This document shows positions 41,226-51,452 of a DNA stretch of 64,000 nucleotides, in pieces. A program made the translations under genes and the position numbers. The stretch comes from an uncultured Nitrososphaerota archaeon (GTDB taxonomy: Archaea > Thermoproteota > Nitrososphaeria > Nitrososphaerales > Gagatemarchaeaceae). The notes beneath the pieces are model-generated. The model worked only from the letters and a program-made list of their open reading frames with translations, did no database searches and had not been told where the DNA came from. The stretch's first letter is position 1. Every line of letters begins with the position of its first letter. The stretch is taken from positions 960,001-1,024,000 of the forward strand of contig CAVRAG010000008.1 in the NCBI GenBank assembly GCA_963718895.1, in the 5' to 3' direction.

Positions 41226-42415
41226 TGGAATCCGCCCTCAAGGGGATACGCGTCGTCGAGAACTCGGTCCATCTGGCCGGTCCATACTGTGGCAGGCTCC
41301 TCGCAGAACTCGGCGCCGAGGTGATCAAGGTCGAGCCGCCGAACGGCGAGGCGAACAGGAGGAGCCCTCCCTTCGTCAACGGCGAGGCGCTCCTGTACCT
41401 ATACTACAACAGCGGCAAGAAAGGGATGGCGCTGGACCTCAAACAAGAGAGAGGGAGAGAGGTCTTCAAGGAGCTTATCGCAAAGTCCGACGTCTTCCTC
41501 TGCAACTACAGGCCGGGGGCGATGGAGCGGCTCGGGCTCGGGTACGAGGACCTCAAGAAGGTCAATCCGGGCATAATCTACGTCTCGGTGACAGGTTTCG
41601 GCTACACGGGTCCGCTCTCGCAGATGGCGGGGTACGACCCTCTCGCTCAGGCCGTGTCCGGGCTGATGGACGCGAACGGATGCGAGGATGGGGTTCCGAA
41701 GGTGAACGCGATGTCGCTCGACTACTCAACGTCGATGATCGCCGCATGCGCGACCGTCTCCGCGCTGTTCTACAGGGAGAGGACAGGCAGAGGCCAGTTC
41801 ATCGACATGAGCCTTCACGACAGCGGCGTGATATTCTCGGTCCCCTGGATGGGTTTCCAGCTCTCCGGGATGAAGTACCGTCACGGGAACAAGAGCAGGG
41901 TCTTCGCACCCTACAACATGTACAGGGCCAGCGACGGCTACGTGATGATAGCGATCAACGAGGACAGCCGGTGGAAGGCCTTCCTGAAGTCGATCGGCAG
42001 GGGGTCACTCGCGGACGACCCGAGGTTCCAGTCCGTCGCCGACCGCGTGAAGAACTACGACGACATCGACGAGATAATCTCGGGATGGTCCGAGCGACTC
42101 ACTGTGAAGGAGGTGATGGACGTGGTCATCGCGGCGGGCGGTGCCTCCGCCCCGGTCAGGACGATCGTCGAGGCGCAGCACGAGCCCCACTCCGTGAGCA
42201 GGGAGATGCTGATCGAGATGGAGCACCCGAAGGTGGGCAAGCTGAAGGTCGCAGGCTCGGGTTTCAAGATGAGCGAGACTCCGGGAAGGGTCGCGGGAAG
42301 GGCACCTGGCCTGGGGGAGCACAACGAGGCAGTCCTTCGAGACATCCTAGGCTACTCCCCCGAGACCATCGATCAGCTGAGGAAGCTGGGCGTGATCACC
42401 CAGGCCGCGACCTGA
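41222..42415 (+). CDS. Family III CoA-transferase (CaiB/BaiF)
   Basis: AGPYC..LGAEVIKVE, NYRPG, GYDPLAQA, APGLGEH. Confidence 0.93.
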   Translation: MMESALKGIRVVENSVHLAGPYCGRLLAELGAEVIKVEPPNGEANRRSPPFVNGEALLYLYYNSGKKGMALDLKQERGREVFKELIAKSDVFLCNYRPGAMERLGLGYEDLKKVNPGIIYVSVTGFGYTGPLSQMAGYDPLAQAVSGLMDANGCEDGVPKVNAMSLDYSTSMIAACATVSALFYRERTGRGQFIDMSLHDSGVIFSVPWMGFQLSGMKYRHGNKSRVFAPYNMYRASDGYVMIAINEDSRWKAFLKSIGRGSLADDPRFQSVADRVKNYDDIDEIISGWSERLTVKEVMDVVIAAGGASAPVRTIVEAQHEPHSVSREMLIEMEHPKVGKLKVAGSGFKMSETPGRVAGRAPGLGEHNEAVLRDILGYSPETIDQLRKLGVITQAAT

Positions 42416-42440
42416 GGCCGCCCGGGAGCGAGCGGCGCTC

Positions 42441-43583
42441 TCAGTACTCGGAGCCCTGTCTCGTGCCCGCGTAGCAGGCGTTGAGGTCCGAGTAGACCTT
42501 CTCGGGGTCGCGCTCGTTGACCAGCCCTTCGTGGACTATCCTCCCGCACTCCGTCTGGACGGCCACGTATCCGTCGTACCGCGGACGGAGGTATGCCCCC
42601 GAGATCGTTGCCACGGTCCTCCTGAAGAAGTCGTCCGACCTGCGGTTGACGCCCTCGTCGAGCCAGGCGACCCTGTTCCCGGGCTGCCCTCCCGACTCGA
42701 AGTAGACCCCTCTCTGCACCTCCGGCTGGCAGACCCACATCGAGTAGTCCGCTGCGGCCTTCACATCCGGGCACCCTGACGAGATCGCGATGCCCGCCCC
42801 TCCGAGCAGGCTGCCCGTTGGCCCGTCCCCCGAGGACGGGATGTCGGCGAACCTCACCGATCTGGGCCTGAATCCGGGTCTCGAGTAGTTGGAGTATCCG
42901 AAGAGGAGCGGCGCGTAGGCAATCTGGTCGGTCGTGGACATCACCTCCAGTATCCCTGGAGGGTCGAGGGCGAACGAGGCCGGATTCACGTGTCTCGCGA
43001 GCCGCTGCAGGAGAGAGAGGGCGCGCAGCCCCGCCTCCCTGGGGACGATTACGTCGTCACTGACGAATGGGGGGTCGCCGCCGTTCGCGCAGATGGTCAG
43101 GAACGAAGCGAAGGCATCCGTGGGGATGAGAGGAATCGCGACCTTCGCGCCCTCGCGCAGCGCCAGGTCGACGACGGAATCCCAGTCGCCCGGCGGGGCC
43201 TCGAGAAGGTCGGGACGGTAGGCCGAGACCTGGGCGGCAGCGTCAACGGCGAGAGCCCACTGATGCCCGGCGTACTCGTACGAACGGTGGCTCGGACCCG
43301 CCGATTGCTCGTGCTGCAGCTCGAGGAAGCCGGTAGGAAGGACGGCGTCGAGAGGAATGAGACAACCCGCCCTGGCCGCGTAGCCGACGAAGGGATGATC
43401 GATGACAAGGAGGTCGTACGATTCAGCGAGTTCGTCCATGCTCTGCTCGCCGAACTTCAGCAGAGACCTCCTCTCCCACGTCACCTGGATTCCTGCGTGC
43501 GACTGGCTGTAGACACTGGCCGTCGCTTCGAGTCCGCCCGCGCCCCTTGGGTGGTCCCAGGTAATGCCTCGAAGGAGGGTCAT
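42441..43583 (-). CDS. Solute-binding-fold protein without signal peptide
   Basis: GITWDHPRG, YDLLVIDHP, LGGAGIAIS. Confidence 0.8.
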   Translation of the reverse strand: MTLLRGITWDHPRGAGGLEATASVYSQSHAGIQVTWERRSLLKFGEQSMDELAESYDLLVIDHPFVGYAARAGCLIPLDAVLPTGFLELQHEQSAGPSHRSYEYAGHQWALAVDAAAQVSAYRPDLLEAPPGDWDSVVDLALREGAKVAIPLIPTDAFASFLTICANGGDPPFVSDDVIVPREAGLRALSLLQRLARHVNPASFALDPPGILEVMSTTDQIAYAPLLFGYSNYSRPGFRPRSVRFADIPSSGDGPTGSLLGGAGIAISSGCPDVKAAADYSMWVCQPEVQRGVYFESGGQPGNRVAWLDEGVNRRSDDFFRRTVATISGAYLRPRYDGYVAVQTECGRIVHEGLVNERDPEKVYSDLNACYAGTRQGSEY

Positions 43584-43661
43584 CTCTGAGTCACCGCGCG
43601 GCTCCGGCAGGCAGATTAATCTCTTCCTGACCGGCGAGGGATTGCCTCTGCCGGCGGGCGC

Positions 43662-44246
43662 CTATTCTATCTTGAGCCTGACGCCCGCGCTTCCGCCCTC
43701 CCTCTTCGGGAAGGTTATCTCGAGTATGCCGTTGTTGAAGCTCGACTTGGCCCCCTCGACCAGCGCCGACTCGGGAAGCTGCAGCTCCTTCCGGTACCTC
43801 CTCTCACCGGTGTCTACCGAGATGGTGAGGGTCCGCTCGCGGACCGACATCTCGATGTCCTCCTTGGTCGCCCCGGGGACCTCCGCGATTATCCGCACCT
43901 GCTTGTCGCCCTCCACTACGTCGACGAGCGGTTCTCTCTGGTTGGTTATCCCCTTGAGCGGCTCGTCGCTCCTCTTGACGTTCCCGAACTCCCTTACGAC
44001 CGGCTTCCCGTCGGGGCCGATGGTCATGGAGTAGCCGTAGACGATGGGACCTATCTCCTTCCTCACGCTCCCGTCCGGAGAGGTGCGCTCCCGGATCATG
44101 TCCTTCGGGACCTGCTTCTCGATGTCCTTGAACTGCATAAAGTCCTTCTCCATCTCCTTCATCATCTCTTCGATGTCCGGGAAGGACCAGGGTCCGAATG
44201 GCATCATCTTCCTCCACCTGCTCTGCCAGTTGTCGTCTTCCGACAT
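43662..44246 (-). CDS. hsp20: Archaeal small heat shock protein Hsp20
   Basis: GPIVYGYSMTIGPDGKPVVREFGN, REPLVDV, NNGILEI. Confidence 0.95.
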   Translation of the reverse strand: MSEDDNWQSRWRKMMPFGPWSFPDIEEMMKEMEKDFMQFKDIEKQVPKDMIRERTSPDGSVRKEIGPIVYGYSMTIGPDGKPVVREFGNVKRSDEPLKGITNQREPLVDVVEGDKQVRIIAEVPGATKEDIEMSVRERTLTISVDTGERRYRKELQLPESALVEGAKSSFNNGILEITFPKREGGSAGVRLKIE

Positions 44247-44362
44247 GTCTTCTCGAGGGGCGAGCGCCCGCGGAAATCTAAAAAGGTTTTCCGAGAAAGG
44301 TTTTTACGGATGCTCAAGGGCGCGAATTCGAAGGTGCAAGGGTTCTGTCATTCTATCTGAGG

Positions 44363-45244
44363 ATGGCCGCGTTATTCTTCGTCCTCACGGGACTCCTGAT
44401 GCTCGTGGGATATGCCATAGGGGCCTACTTTGGGGACCCGCTCGTCTTCATGTTCCTGGGGCTGCTGCTCGCCGGCGGGATCAACTTCGGATCCTACTAC
44501 TGGAGCGACAAGCTCGTGGTGAAGATGACGAGGGCAAAGCTGATCCAGGAGAGCGACAACCCGACCCTCTACGGGATCGTGCGGAAGGTCGCGAACGAGG
44601 CGAACATACCCATGCCCAAGGTGGGCATCGTCGACAACCCGCAGCCCAACGCCTTCGCGACGGGGAGGGGACCGAGCAAGGCCGTCGTTGTCGCCACCTC
44701 GGGCATCCTCTCAACGCTGAATGCGGGCGAACTTGAGGCGGTGATAGGCCACGAGATCGGTCACGTCGTCCACAAGGACGTCCTGCTTTCCTCGGTAGCC
44801 GCAACGATGGCGGGCGTAATCTCCTACATCGGGAACATAGCGATGTGGTCGATGATGTTCGGCGGCTACGGGGGCAACAACAGGAACGGAGGGAACCCGC
44901 TCTTTCTAATCGCGGCGATCGTCCTCGTGCCCATGGGGGCGATGTTCGTACAGCTGGGCATCTCCAGGAGCGTCGAGTACAACGCCGACGACTACGGGGC
45001 GAAGCTCACCCACAACCCCGGTGGTCTGGCGTCGGCCCTGGTCAAGATCTCGACCAAGGCGAAGACCCAGAGCTTCGGGCGCAACTCGAACAACAGCCCG
45101 TCGCCCGCCACCGCGTCCCTCTGGATCGTCAACCCCTTCAGGGGGAGCTCCCTGGTGGAGCTCTTCTCTACTCACCCTTCGACCGAGCACCGTGTCGAGC
45201 GGCTGAGGAAGATCGCCGAGGAGATGGGCGTCTACGTGCCCTGA
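44363..45244 (+). CDS. htpX: Zinc metalloprotease HtpX
   Basis: PNAFATGR, HEIGH, EYNAD, LFSTHP. Confidence 0.95.
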   Translation: MAALFFVLTGLLMLVGYAIGAYFGDPLVFMFLGLLLAGGINFGSYYWSDKLVVKMTRAKLIQESDNPTLYGIVRKVANEANIPMPKVGIVDNPQPNAFATGRGPSKAVVVATSGILSTLNAGELEAVIGHEIGHVVHKDVLLSSVAATMAGVISYIGNIAMWSMMFGGYGGNNRNGGNPLFLIAAIVLVPMGAMFVQLGISRSVEYNADDYGAKLTHNPGGLASALVKISTKAKTQSFGRNSNNSPSPATASLWIVNPFRGSSLVELFSTHPSTEHRVERLRKIAEEMGVYVP

Positions 45245-45824
45245 TCGCCGTCCCTAGCTTCCTTCCGGCGCACATAGAGACGAAGTTGGCCACGATAACC
45301 CGCGCGGGAGAGTCTCCAACTTCGGGATGAAACTGCACGGCGAACTGAGCCTTGCCCACGACCTTCACCGCCTGGATCGGATGCCCTGGGGCTGTGAAGT
45401 TCTCCAGGGAGTCTGGCAGGGGAGGGAGCAGCTCGTACCTGTGGTTCTGGCGGACGGTGAACTCCGAGAGCTCCGGGCTGAGCGGGAAGCCCCTGAGCGA
45501 GACCCGGTAGTCCCCGACCACGGGCCTCCTCTTCCCTATCCTGGCGCCGTAGCAGAATCCGAGTATCTTCATCCCCAGGCATATCCCGAGGAACGGGGAC
45601 TCGAGCTCCTCGAAGAATACGGAGTATCTTCCCAGAGTCTCCTGGCGCGTGGTCGACTTCAGGAACCCGCCCGAGGCTATGACCCCGTCGTAACCCCGGA
45701 CCGGCAGCGGCCCGGCTATCGCCTCCGGCTCGATCAGGTCGACGCCAACACCAAGGCTCCCGACGAGCCCTACCAGAGCGTCCAGGGAAACCCCGCGATG
45801 GTTCAGGACTAGCATCCTTGTCAT
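45168..45824 (-). CDS. Class I glutamine amidotransferase-like protein
   Basis: PFLGICLG, VQFHPE. Confidence 0.85.
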   Translation of the reverse strand: MTRMLVLNHRGVSLDALVGLVGSLGVGVDLIEPEAIAGPLPVRGYDGVIASGGFLKSTTRQETLGRYSVFFEELESPFLGICLGMKILGFCYGARIGKRRPVVGDYRVSLRGFPLSPELSEFTVRQNHRYELLPPLPDSLENFTAPGHPIQAVKVVGKAQFAVQFHPEVGDSPARVIVANFVSMCAGRKLGTAIRARRRPSPRRSSSAARHGARSKGE

Positions 45825-45982
45825 GCGACTGTGCCCCACCTTTCGAACGCACCCTTATTGCTTCATTGGTTCCTGGCTCCACGCAGGTCCCGGCTCGGGA
45901 TGGAGCGATACGGCAAAGCACATATCCTTGGACCGCTGCGGAGGGACGTTCGGGTGCCGATGCGTCCTTACCCGTCCAAGAA

Positions 45983-46978
45983 TTGAAACACGATTTGAAG
46001 GCCGTCGAAGCCGAGAACCTGACCAAGGTGTACGGTAGGGAGACCACGGCCCTAGACCACGTCAGCTTCTCCGTGGATGAGGGAGAGATCTTCGGGCTGC
46101 TCGGTCCCAACGGCGCAGGGAAGACGACTACGATCAAGATCATCACGACCCTGACAAAGCCGACTTCGGGGACGGCCCGCGTCTTCGGCACCGACGTCCT
46201 GATCCACCCCCAGCAGGTTAGGCAGATGATGGGCTACGTCCCGCAGGCGGTCTCGGTGGACGGCGACCTCACCGGGTACGAGAATCTCCTGATATTCTCG
46301 AAGCTCTTCTACGTCGACAAGAAGGAGAGGCAGGGACGCATCGCCGAAGCCCTGGACTTCATGCAGCTCAGCAGCAGGGCCGACGACCTCGTTAAGCACT
46401 ACTCCGGAGGGATGATGAGGAGGCTCGAGATTGCCCAGGCCCTTGTCAACAGGCCGCGGATCCTCTTCCTCGACGAGCCCAGCATCGGACTCGACCCGTT
46501 CTCGAAGAACGAGGTAAAGAACCAGGTCAAGGAACTGAACAAGGAGCTCAACATGACGATGATCGTCACGACCCACGACATGGTTGAGGCCGACGAGATA
46601 TGTGACAGAGTCGCGATCATGAACGCGGGACGCATCGCTGTCATTGACACCCCGACCCGCCTGAAGGAGTCGGTGGGCGGGGACATAATCACGGTCAGGC
46701 TCTCTCAGGGCGCGGGGGCCGTCTCTCTCCCTGCCGAGGTCGGGAGGCTGCTGAGCTACGAGGGAGGGGAGATGAGGGTCCTGACCGAGAACGGCGAGGA
46801 GAAGGTCCCGAAGATAGTCGACTTCCTGGAGTCGAAAGGTATGGTGATAGACTCGATTGTCCTTGCCAAGCCGACGCTCGACGACGTCTTCATCAAGTAC
46901 GCCGGGTCGCGGGTCGACCAGGGCCGCTACGTCGAGGCCAGGTCTGAGAGACGGAACTTCGCGAGGCGCGGCAGATGA
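45983..46978 (+). CDS. ABC exporter ATP-binding protein (DrrA-like)
   Basis: GPNGAGKT, YSGGM, DEP, TTH. Confidence 0.93.
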   Translation: MKHDLKAVEAENLTKVYGRETTALDHVSFSVDEGEIFGLLGPNGAGKTTTIKIITTLTKPTSGTARVFGTDVLIHPQQVRQMMGYVPQAVSVDGDLTGYENLLIFSKLFYVDKKERQGRIAEALDFMQLSSRADDLVKHYSGGMMRRLEIAQALVNRPRILFLDEPSIGLDPFSKNEVKNQVKELNKELNMTMIVTTHDMVEADEICDRVAIMNAGRIAVIDTPTRLKESVGGDIITVRLSQGAGAVSLPAEVGRLLSYEGGEMRVLTENGEEKVPKIVDFLESKGMVIDSIVLAKPTLDDVFIKYAGSRVDQGRYVEARSERRNFARRGR

Positions 46979-47745
46979 GCCTGGGAAGGTCACTCTCAAG
47001 CGTCTTCACGGTCGCCGAGATGGAAGCCAGGAAGATCAGGCACGACTCGACCGAGCTCTGGATGAGGGCGGTCCAGCCCGCCCTCTGGCTTCTGATCTTC
47101 GGGGAGGTGCTTAACTCGGTGAAGGTGCTCGCGCCTGCCGGCTACTCGTACATCCAGTACATAGCGCCCGGGGTCCTCGCCCAGTCGGTCCTCTTCGTGG
47201 CGATATTCTACGGGATAACGATCGTCTGGGAGCGCGACGTGGGCCTCCTGACCAAGCTGCTCTCCACGCCCTCTCCGCGGTCGTCCATCGTAATCGGGAA
47301 GGCGCTGGCCTCCGCCGTGAGAGGCGTCTTCCAGGCCGTCGTCATCTTCGCGCTCTCGCTGCTGCTCGGCATACACCTGAGGCTCGACCCGCTCGACGTG
47401 CTCGGGGTCTTTGGGATAGTGGTGCTGCTCTCGATGTGCTTCTCGAGCTTCTCGATGATCCTCGCCTCGTTCCTGAAGACCAGGGACCGGATGATGGGGA
47501 TAGGGCAGGTCCTGACGATGCCCCTCTTCTTCGCCAGCAGCGCCATCTACCCGATCTCGCTGATGCCGACGTGGCTCAAGTACATAGCCTACGTCAACCC
47601 GCTGAGCTACGTCGTGGACGCCCTGAGGTCGCTGCTCCTCACGGGAGACTACTCAGCGGTGCCGCTCGACATGGCCGCGCTCCTGATCTCGACGGTCTTC
47701 TTCGCAGGGCTGGCGTCGGTCGTGGTCAAGCGTCTGGTACAGTAG
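46975..47745 (+). CDS. ABC-2 permease (DrrB-like)
   Basis: WERDVG, NPLSYVVDALR. Confidence 0.92.
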   Translation: MSLGRSLSSVFTVAEMEARKIRHDSTELWMRAVQPALWLLIFGEVLNSVKVLAPAGYSYIQYIAPGVLAQSVLFVAIFYGITIVWERDVGLLTKLLSTPSPRSSIVIGKALASAVRGVFQAVVIFALSLLLGIHLRLDPLDVLGVFGIVVLLSMCFSSFSMILASFLKTRDRMMGIGQVLTMPLFFASSAIYPISLMPTWLKYIAYVNPLSYVVDALRSLLLTGDYSAVPLDMAALLISTVFFAGLASVVVKRLVQ

Positions 47746-47766
47746 AAGAAACCTGGAGGTTGGGGG

Positions 47767-47911
47767 TGGTGGGCCGGGAGTGAGTTGAACACTCGACCTT
47801 GGCGGTGTCTGCTTTCGCCGTGTCAGAGCGACGTCCTAACCAGGCTAAGGAGCTGTGCTCTCTGGTCTGAGATACAGATTCCCCACTTGGAGCGGACTAG
47901 ACGACCGGCCC
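47767..47911 (-). tRNA. tRNA-Val(GAC) with three introns: 15/16 (47845-47896) containing a nested intron (47847-47878), and 44/45 (47799-47813)
   Basis: Cloverleaf after removal, ctGACac loop, CCA encoded; BHB motifs located by hand. Confidence 0.88.
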
Positions 47912-48466
47912 AACAATACCCGTCTGGGAGATTCCCTTAAAGATGTTGAGGCCGAACAAGGTTTAGGGTCCTGGCGGCGGGGGTCCCTTCTAGGCCTGGT
48001 TCTGTGAATGGACCAAGGAGAGAGGTCTCCTTTCTTAGGCTTGGTGGGTGGTCGGCTCTGGAGCTAAGAACTCAAAACTGCACTGGATTCGCCGTCAATT
48101 GGGAGCTTCAGCCATCTTCCCCTGCACTTGGAGTACATTTGCAACCATCTGGCTGCGCGCTTCCTCGAAATCAAAAAGCCGACCTTTTCGTCGAACCGTT
48201 GAAGATTTCTGATTCCGGCGATGTGAAGTGAAAATGAGGTCTTTTTCATCCGAAAGGACTCGCCTCGGATAATCTTCAAAGTACCTGATTTGCGTTTCAA
48301 GTTAATCCTCGATTTGATTTGGAAGGACCTTCTAAAAATCCCTTGGACCCATCTGAGAAGCTCGGCGTTTGGTACCCCCCGGTCGGTCCATTCATCTGGA
48401 ACCGGCAGCGCGCCTCTTTTCTCTAGTCGGGAGAGCTTTTATCCGTATTGTCCAGGGCGGGACCTC

Positions 48467-49375
48467 ATGGGTCCTGTCGACACATACTCCATCGTCGCCA
48501 TCGACAAGAGGTCAGGGGAGATGGGAGTGGCGGTCCAGTCCCACTGGTTCTCCGTCGGTTCGGTCGTCACCTGGGCCGAGGCAGGCGTCGGTATAGTCGC
48601 CACTCAGGCCTCGGTCGAGATAAGCTACGGGCCGCTCGGTCTTGCGCTGATGAAGGGGGGTAAGACGCCTCAGCAGGCGCTCAAGTCGCTCCTTGCGACG
48701 GATCCGAGACCGGAGGTCCGGCAGGTCGCGATGCTCGACTCTCACGGCAGGGTGGCAGTCCACACCGGCAGGAGGTGCATGCCCGAGGCCGGGCACGAGT
48801 CGGGGCGCGGCTTCAGCGTCCAGGCGAACATCATGCGGAACCGCAGGGTGTGGAGAGCCATGGCCCGCTCCTTCAGGAAGTCGAAGGGCAGCCTCGCAGA
48901 GAGGCTCATGCTCGCGCTCGAGAGCGCCGAGCAGGCAGGAGGCGATCTCAGGGGGAGACAGTCAGCGGCGATTCTGGTCGTGAGGATCACCGGCAGCAGC
49001 TCGCCTTGGCACGACAGGGTCGTCGACCTCAGGGTCGAGGACCACCCGCAGCCTCTCGTCGAGATGAGGAGGCTGCTCAGGATTCATCAGGCGTTCACCC
49101 ACGCGAACAACGGCGACCTGCTCATGGAGAAGGGCGAGAACAGGAAGGCGCTCGAAGAGTACAAGAGGTCGGTCGAGCTCTCGCCCGAGAACCCCGAGCT
49201 CAGGTTCTGGCAGGGGGTCACCCTCCTCAACCACGGCGAGCTGGCAGAGGGCAGGGCCACCCTCAAGTCGGTCTTCAGGGCCAACAGCGACCTGAGGACG
49301 CTCTTTGGAAGGCTTCCCGAGGTCGGTCTCCTCAAGATAGACAAGGCGACCCTCCAGCAGCTCCTGAAGCTCTAG
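48467..49375 (+). CDS. DUF1028 (Ntn-hydrolase-like) protein with C-terminal TPR
   Basis: TYSIVA, GVAVQS, AGGDLRGRQSAA, DLRVEDH. Confidence 0.9.
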   Translation: MGPVDTYSIVAIDKRSGEMGVAVQSHWFSVGSVVTWAEAGVGIVATQASVEISYGPLGLALMKGGKTPQQALKSLLATDPRPEVRQVAMLDSHGRVAVHTGRRCMPEAGHESGRGFSVQANIMRNRRVWRAMARSFRKSKGSLAERLMLALESAEQAGGDLRGRQSAAILVVRITGSSSPWHDRVVDLRVEDHPQPLVEMRRLLRIHQAFTHANNGDLLMEKGENRKALEEYKRSVELSPENPELRFWQGVTLLNHGELAEGRATLKSVFRANSDLRTLFGRLPEVGLLKIDKATLQQLLKL

Positions 49376-49456
49376 GTACCGCCTTCGGCTCCCGCCGATT
49401 CGCGCCCCGGTGGTTTCGCTCAAATTAAATAGCCGAAGGCGCTGCCCCGACGGGAA

Positions 49457-50725
49457 ATGCAGGAATCATCAGAGCAGCCAGGCTTCTACAAGCTCCCGAT
49501 GGCCGAGAGGCTCAGGCTGGTCCAGAAGCTGACCGGGCTCTCGGAGGAAGAGGTAAGAACGCTCAGCAACACGGGAGGGCTGCCTGCGGAGGTCGCAGAC
49601 AGGATGATCGAGAACGTGATCGGCGGGATAACCATGCCGATGGGCGTCGCCACGAACTTCATGATCAACGGGAAGGACTACCTCGTCCCGATGGCGATAG
49701 AGGAGCCGTCGGTCGTGGCCGCCGCGAGCAACGCCGCCAAGATGGCGAGGGTGAAGGGTGGGTTCCACGTCACGAACACCGGGCCCGTCATGATAGGGCA
49801 AATCCAGGCGGTAGACGTCGGGGACCCCTTCCGGGCGAGGATGGACCTTCTCCTGCACAAGGACGAGATACTTGCAAAGGCGAACGAGCAGGACCCGATG
49901 CTCGTCTCCCTCGGAGGCGGAGCCAAGGACCTCAACGTAAAGGTGCTCTCATCGATAAAGGGACCGATGGTCATCGCTGAGCTGATCGTGAACACGGGCG
50001 ACGCGATGGGAGGGAACGCCGTCAACACCATGGCGGAGGCCGTGGCCCCCATAATAGAGAGAGTGACGGGCGGTAAGGTCTACCTCAGGATAATCTCGAA
50101 CCTGGCAGACAGGAGGTTGGTCAGAGTCTCTGCCACCTTCGACAAGGAGGCGATCGGGGGAGAGGCCGCGGTCGACGGGGTCGTCTACGCCTACGCCTTC
50201 GCCGAGGCGGACCCGTACAGGTGCTCGACCCACAACAAAGGCATCATGAACGGGGTCATAGCGGTCGCGATCGCGTGCGGTCAGGACATCAGGGCGCTCG
50301 AGGCCGGGGCGCACAGCTATGCCGCGAAGCACGGAGGCTACAAACCGCTCTCTACATGGGAGAAGAACCAGGACGGCGACCTGGTGGGGACGCTCGAGAT
50401 GCCCATGGCCGTCGGTCTCGTCGGAGGGGCGGCCAAGACCCATCCAGCAGCGAAGGCCGCCATAAAGGTGCTCGGCGTCAAGACCGCGATAGAGCTGGCC
50501 GAGGTCATGGGAGCGGTCGGGCTGGCGCAGAACTTCGCGGCGCTCAGGGCGTTGGCGTCCGAGGGGATCCAGAGGGGGCACATGAAGCTGCACGCCCGCA
50601 ACGTGGCAGCTAACGCTGGCGCGACCGGAGACCTCGTCGACATCGTGGCGAACAGGATGATTCAGGAGAAGATGATCCGTTTCGACAGGGCGAAGGCTCT
50701 CGTGGAAGAACTCGGGAAGAAGTGA
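49457..50725 (+). CDS. mvaA: Class II HMG-CoA reductase
   Basis: ENVIG, EEPSVVAA, DAMGGN, THNKGIMNG, GIQRGHM. Confidence 0.95.
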   Translation: MQESSEQPGFYKLPMAERLRLVQKLTGLSEEEVRTLSNTGGLPAEVADRMIENVIGGITMPMGVATNFMINGKDYLVPMAIEEPSVVAAASNAAKMARVKGGFHVTNTGPVMIGQIQAVDVGDPFRARMDLLLHKDEILAKANEQDPMLVSLGGGAKDLNVKVLSSIKGPMVIAELIVNTGDAMGGNAVNTMAEAVAPIIERVTGGKVYLRIISNLADRRLVRVSATFDKEAIGGEAAVDGVVYAYAFAEADPYRCSTHNKGIMNGVIAVAIACGQDIRALEAGAHSYAAKHGGYKPLSTWEKNQDGDLVGTLEMPMAVGLVGGAAKTHPAAKAAIKVLGVKTAIELAEVMGAVGLAQNFAALRALASEGIQRGHMKLHARNVAANAGATGDLVDIVANRMIQEKMIRFDRAKALVEELGKK

Positions 50726-50853
50726 AGGGTCGCCTCCGCCTCCCACGCCTGGAATAGAAGGGTCGTGCCCCTCTCCGCGCAAGGCGCGGGGGTGCGCCGG
50801 GAGAGCCCAGGACGAAGGGCCGGGCCAGGGACAGATTTTCGGTGTGGAGCCCG

Positions 50854-51120
50854 CTACTTGTACTTGGAGAAGGACGGGATCATCGTGTTGGTGTCCTGAA
50901 GGTATGGTAGGTTGCTAATCTTGTCCATTACGAGCTCGAGCACCTTCTCGTCTGTCGGGAGCACGAGCTCCCTCTCGGTCTCGACCACGACCAGGAGGTC
51001 CCACTCGCCGGTGATGATGTGGACTTCTTTGACCTCGGGGAGCTTGTTCAACTTGTCCGCGACCTCTCTTTCTCGTCCCGGGTCGGTCTTTATCAGCACG
51101 AAAGCTTTCTGGGGTCTCAA
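50854..51120 (-). CDS. Stand-alone Lrp/AsnC ligand-binding (RAM) domain protein
   Basis: AFVLIKT..G..EVHIITGEWDLLV. Confidence 0.85.
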   Translation of the reverse strand: MRPQKAFVLIKTDPGREREVADKLNKLPEVKEVHIITGEWDLLVVVETERELVLPTDEKVLELVMDKISNLPYLQDTNTMIPSFSKYK

Positions 51121-51221
51121 CGGGTTATTGTACGGAATCTTTCGCTTTTAAACACTCAGTCACGATGGGAGCGCCGTGCAGGCTCTAACCCTGCGCGAGC
51201 CCGCGGGGGACTCGGGCCTCA

Positions 51222-51452
51222 TTAGGCGGCCGGAGCGGAGGGTGCGGGACCATCAGGATCCGCCGCGTCGTTCTTGGCGGTCCTGTAGACGTGCGCGATG
51301 AGGGCGAAGGCCATCACGTCGGCGGCCAACAGGAATGCGAAGGCGGCGGTAGCCTGGACCGAGAAGGCGTTCAGGAGCCAGAGCAGCGCGACCGTTACTG
51401 CCTGAAGCGCCAGCATCCCAACCACGAACACCTTCACCGTATCACTCTTCAT
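51222..51452 (-). CDS. Small two-TM protein coupled to cytochrome b
   Basis: Overlaps the cytochrome b stop; two hydrophobic helices. Confidence 0.7.
   Translation of the reverse strand: MKSDTVKVFVVGMLALQAVTVALLWLLNAFSVQATAAFAFLLAADVMAFALIAHVYRTAKNDAADPDGPAPSAPAA

Noticed and set aside
47940-48460. ~500-bp AT-richer gap upstream of tRNA-Val
   Set aside because: No convincing ORF, repeat or structure seen
49457-50725. Class II (bacterial-type) HMG-CoA reductase as a novelty
   Set aside because: Already known in several archaeal lineages
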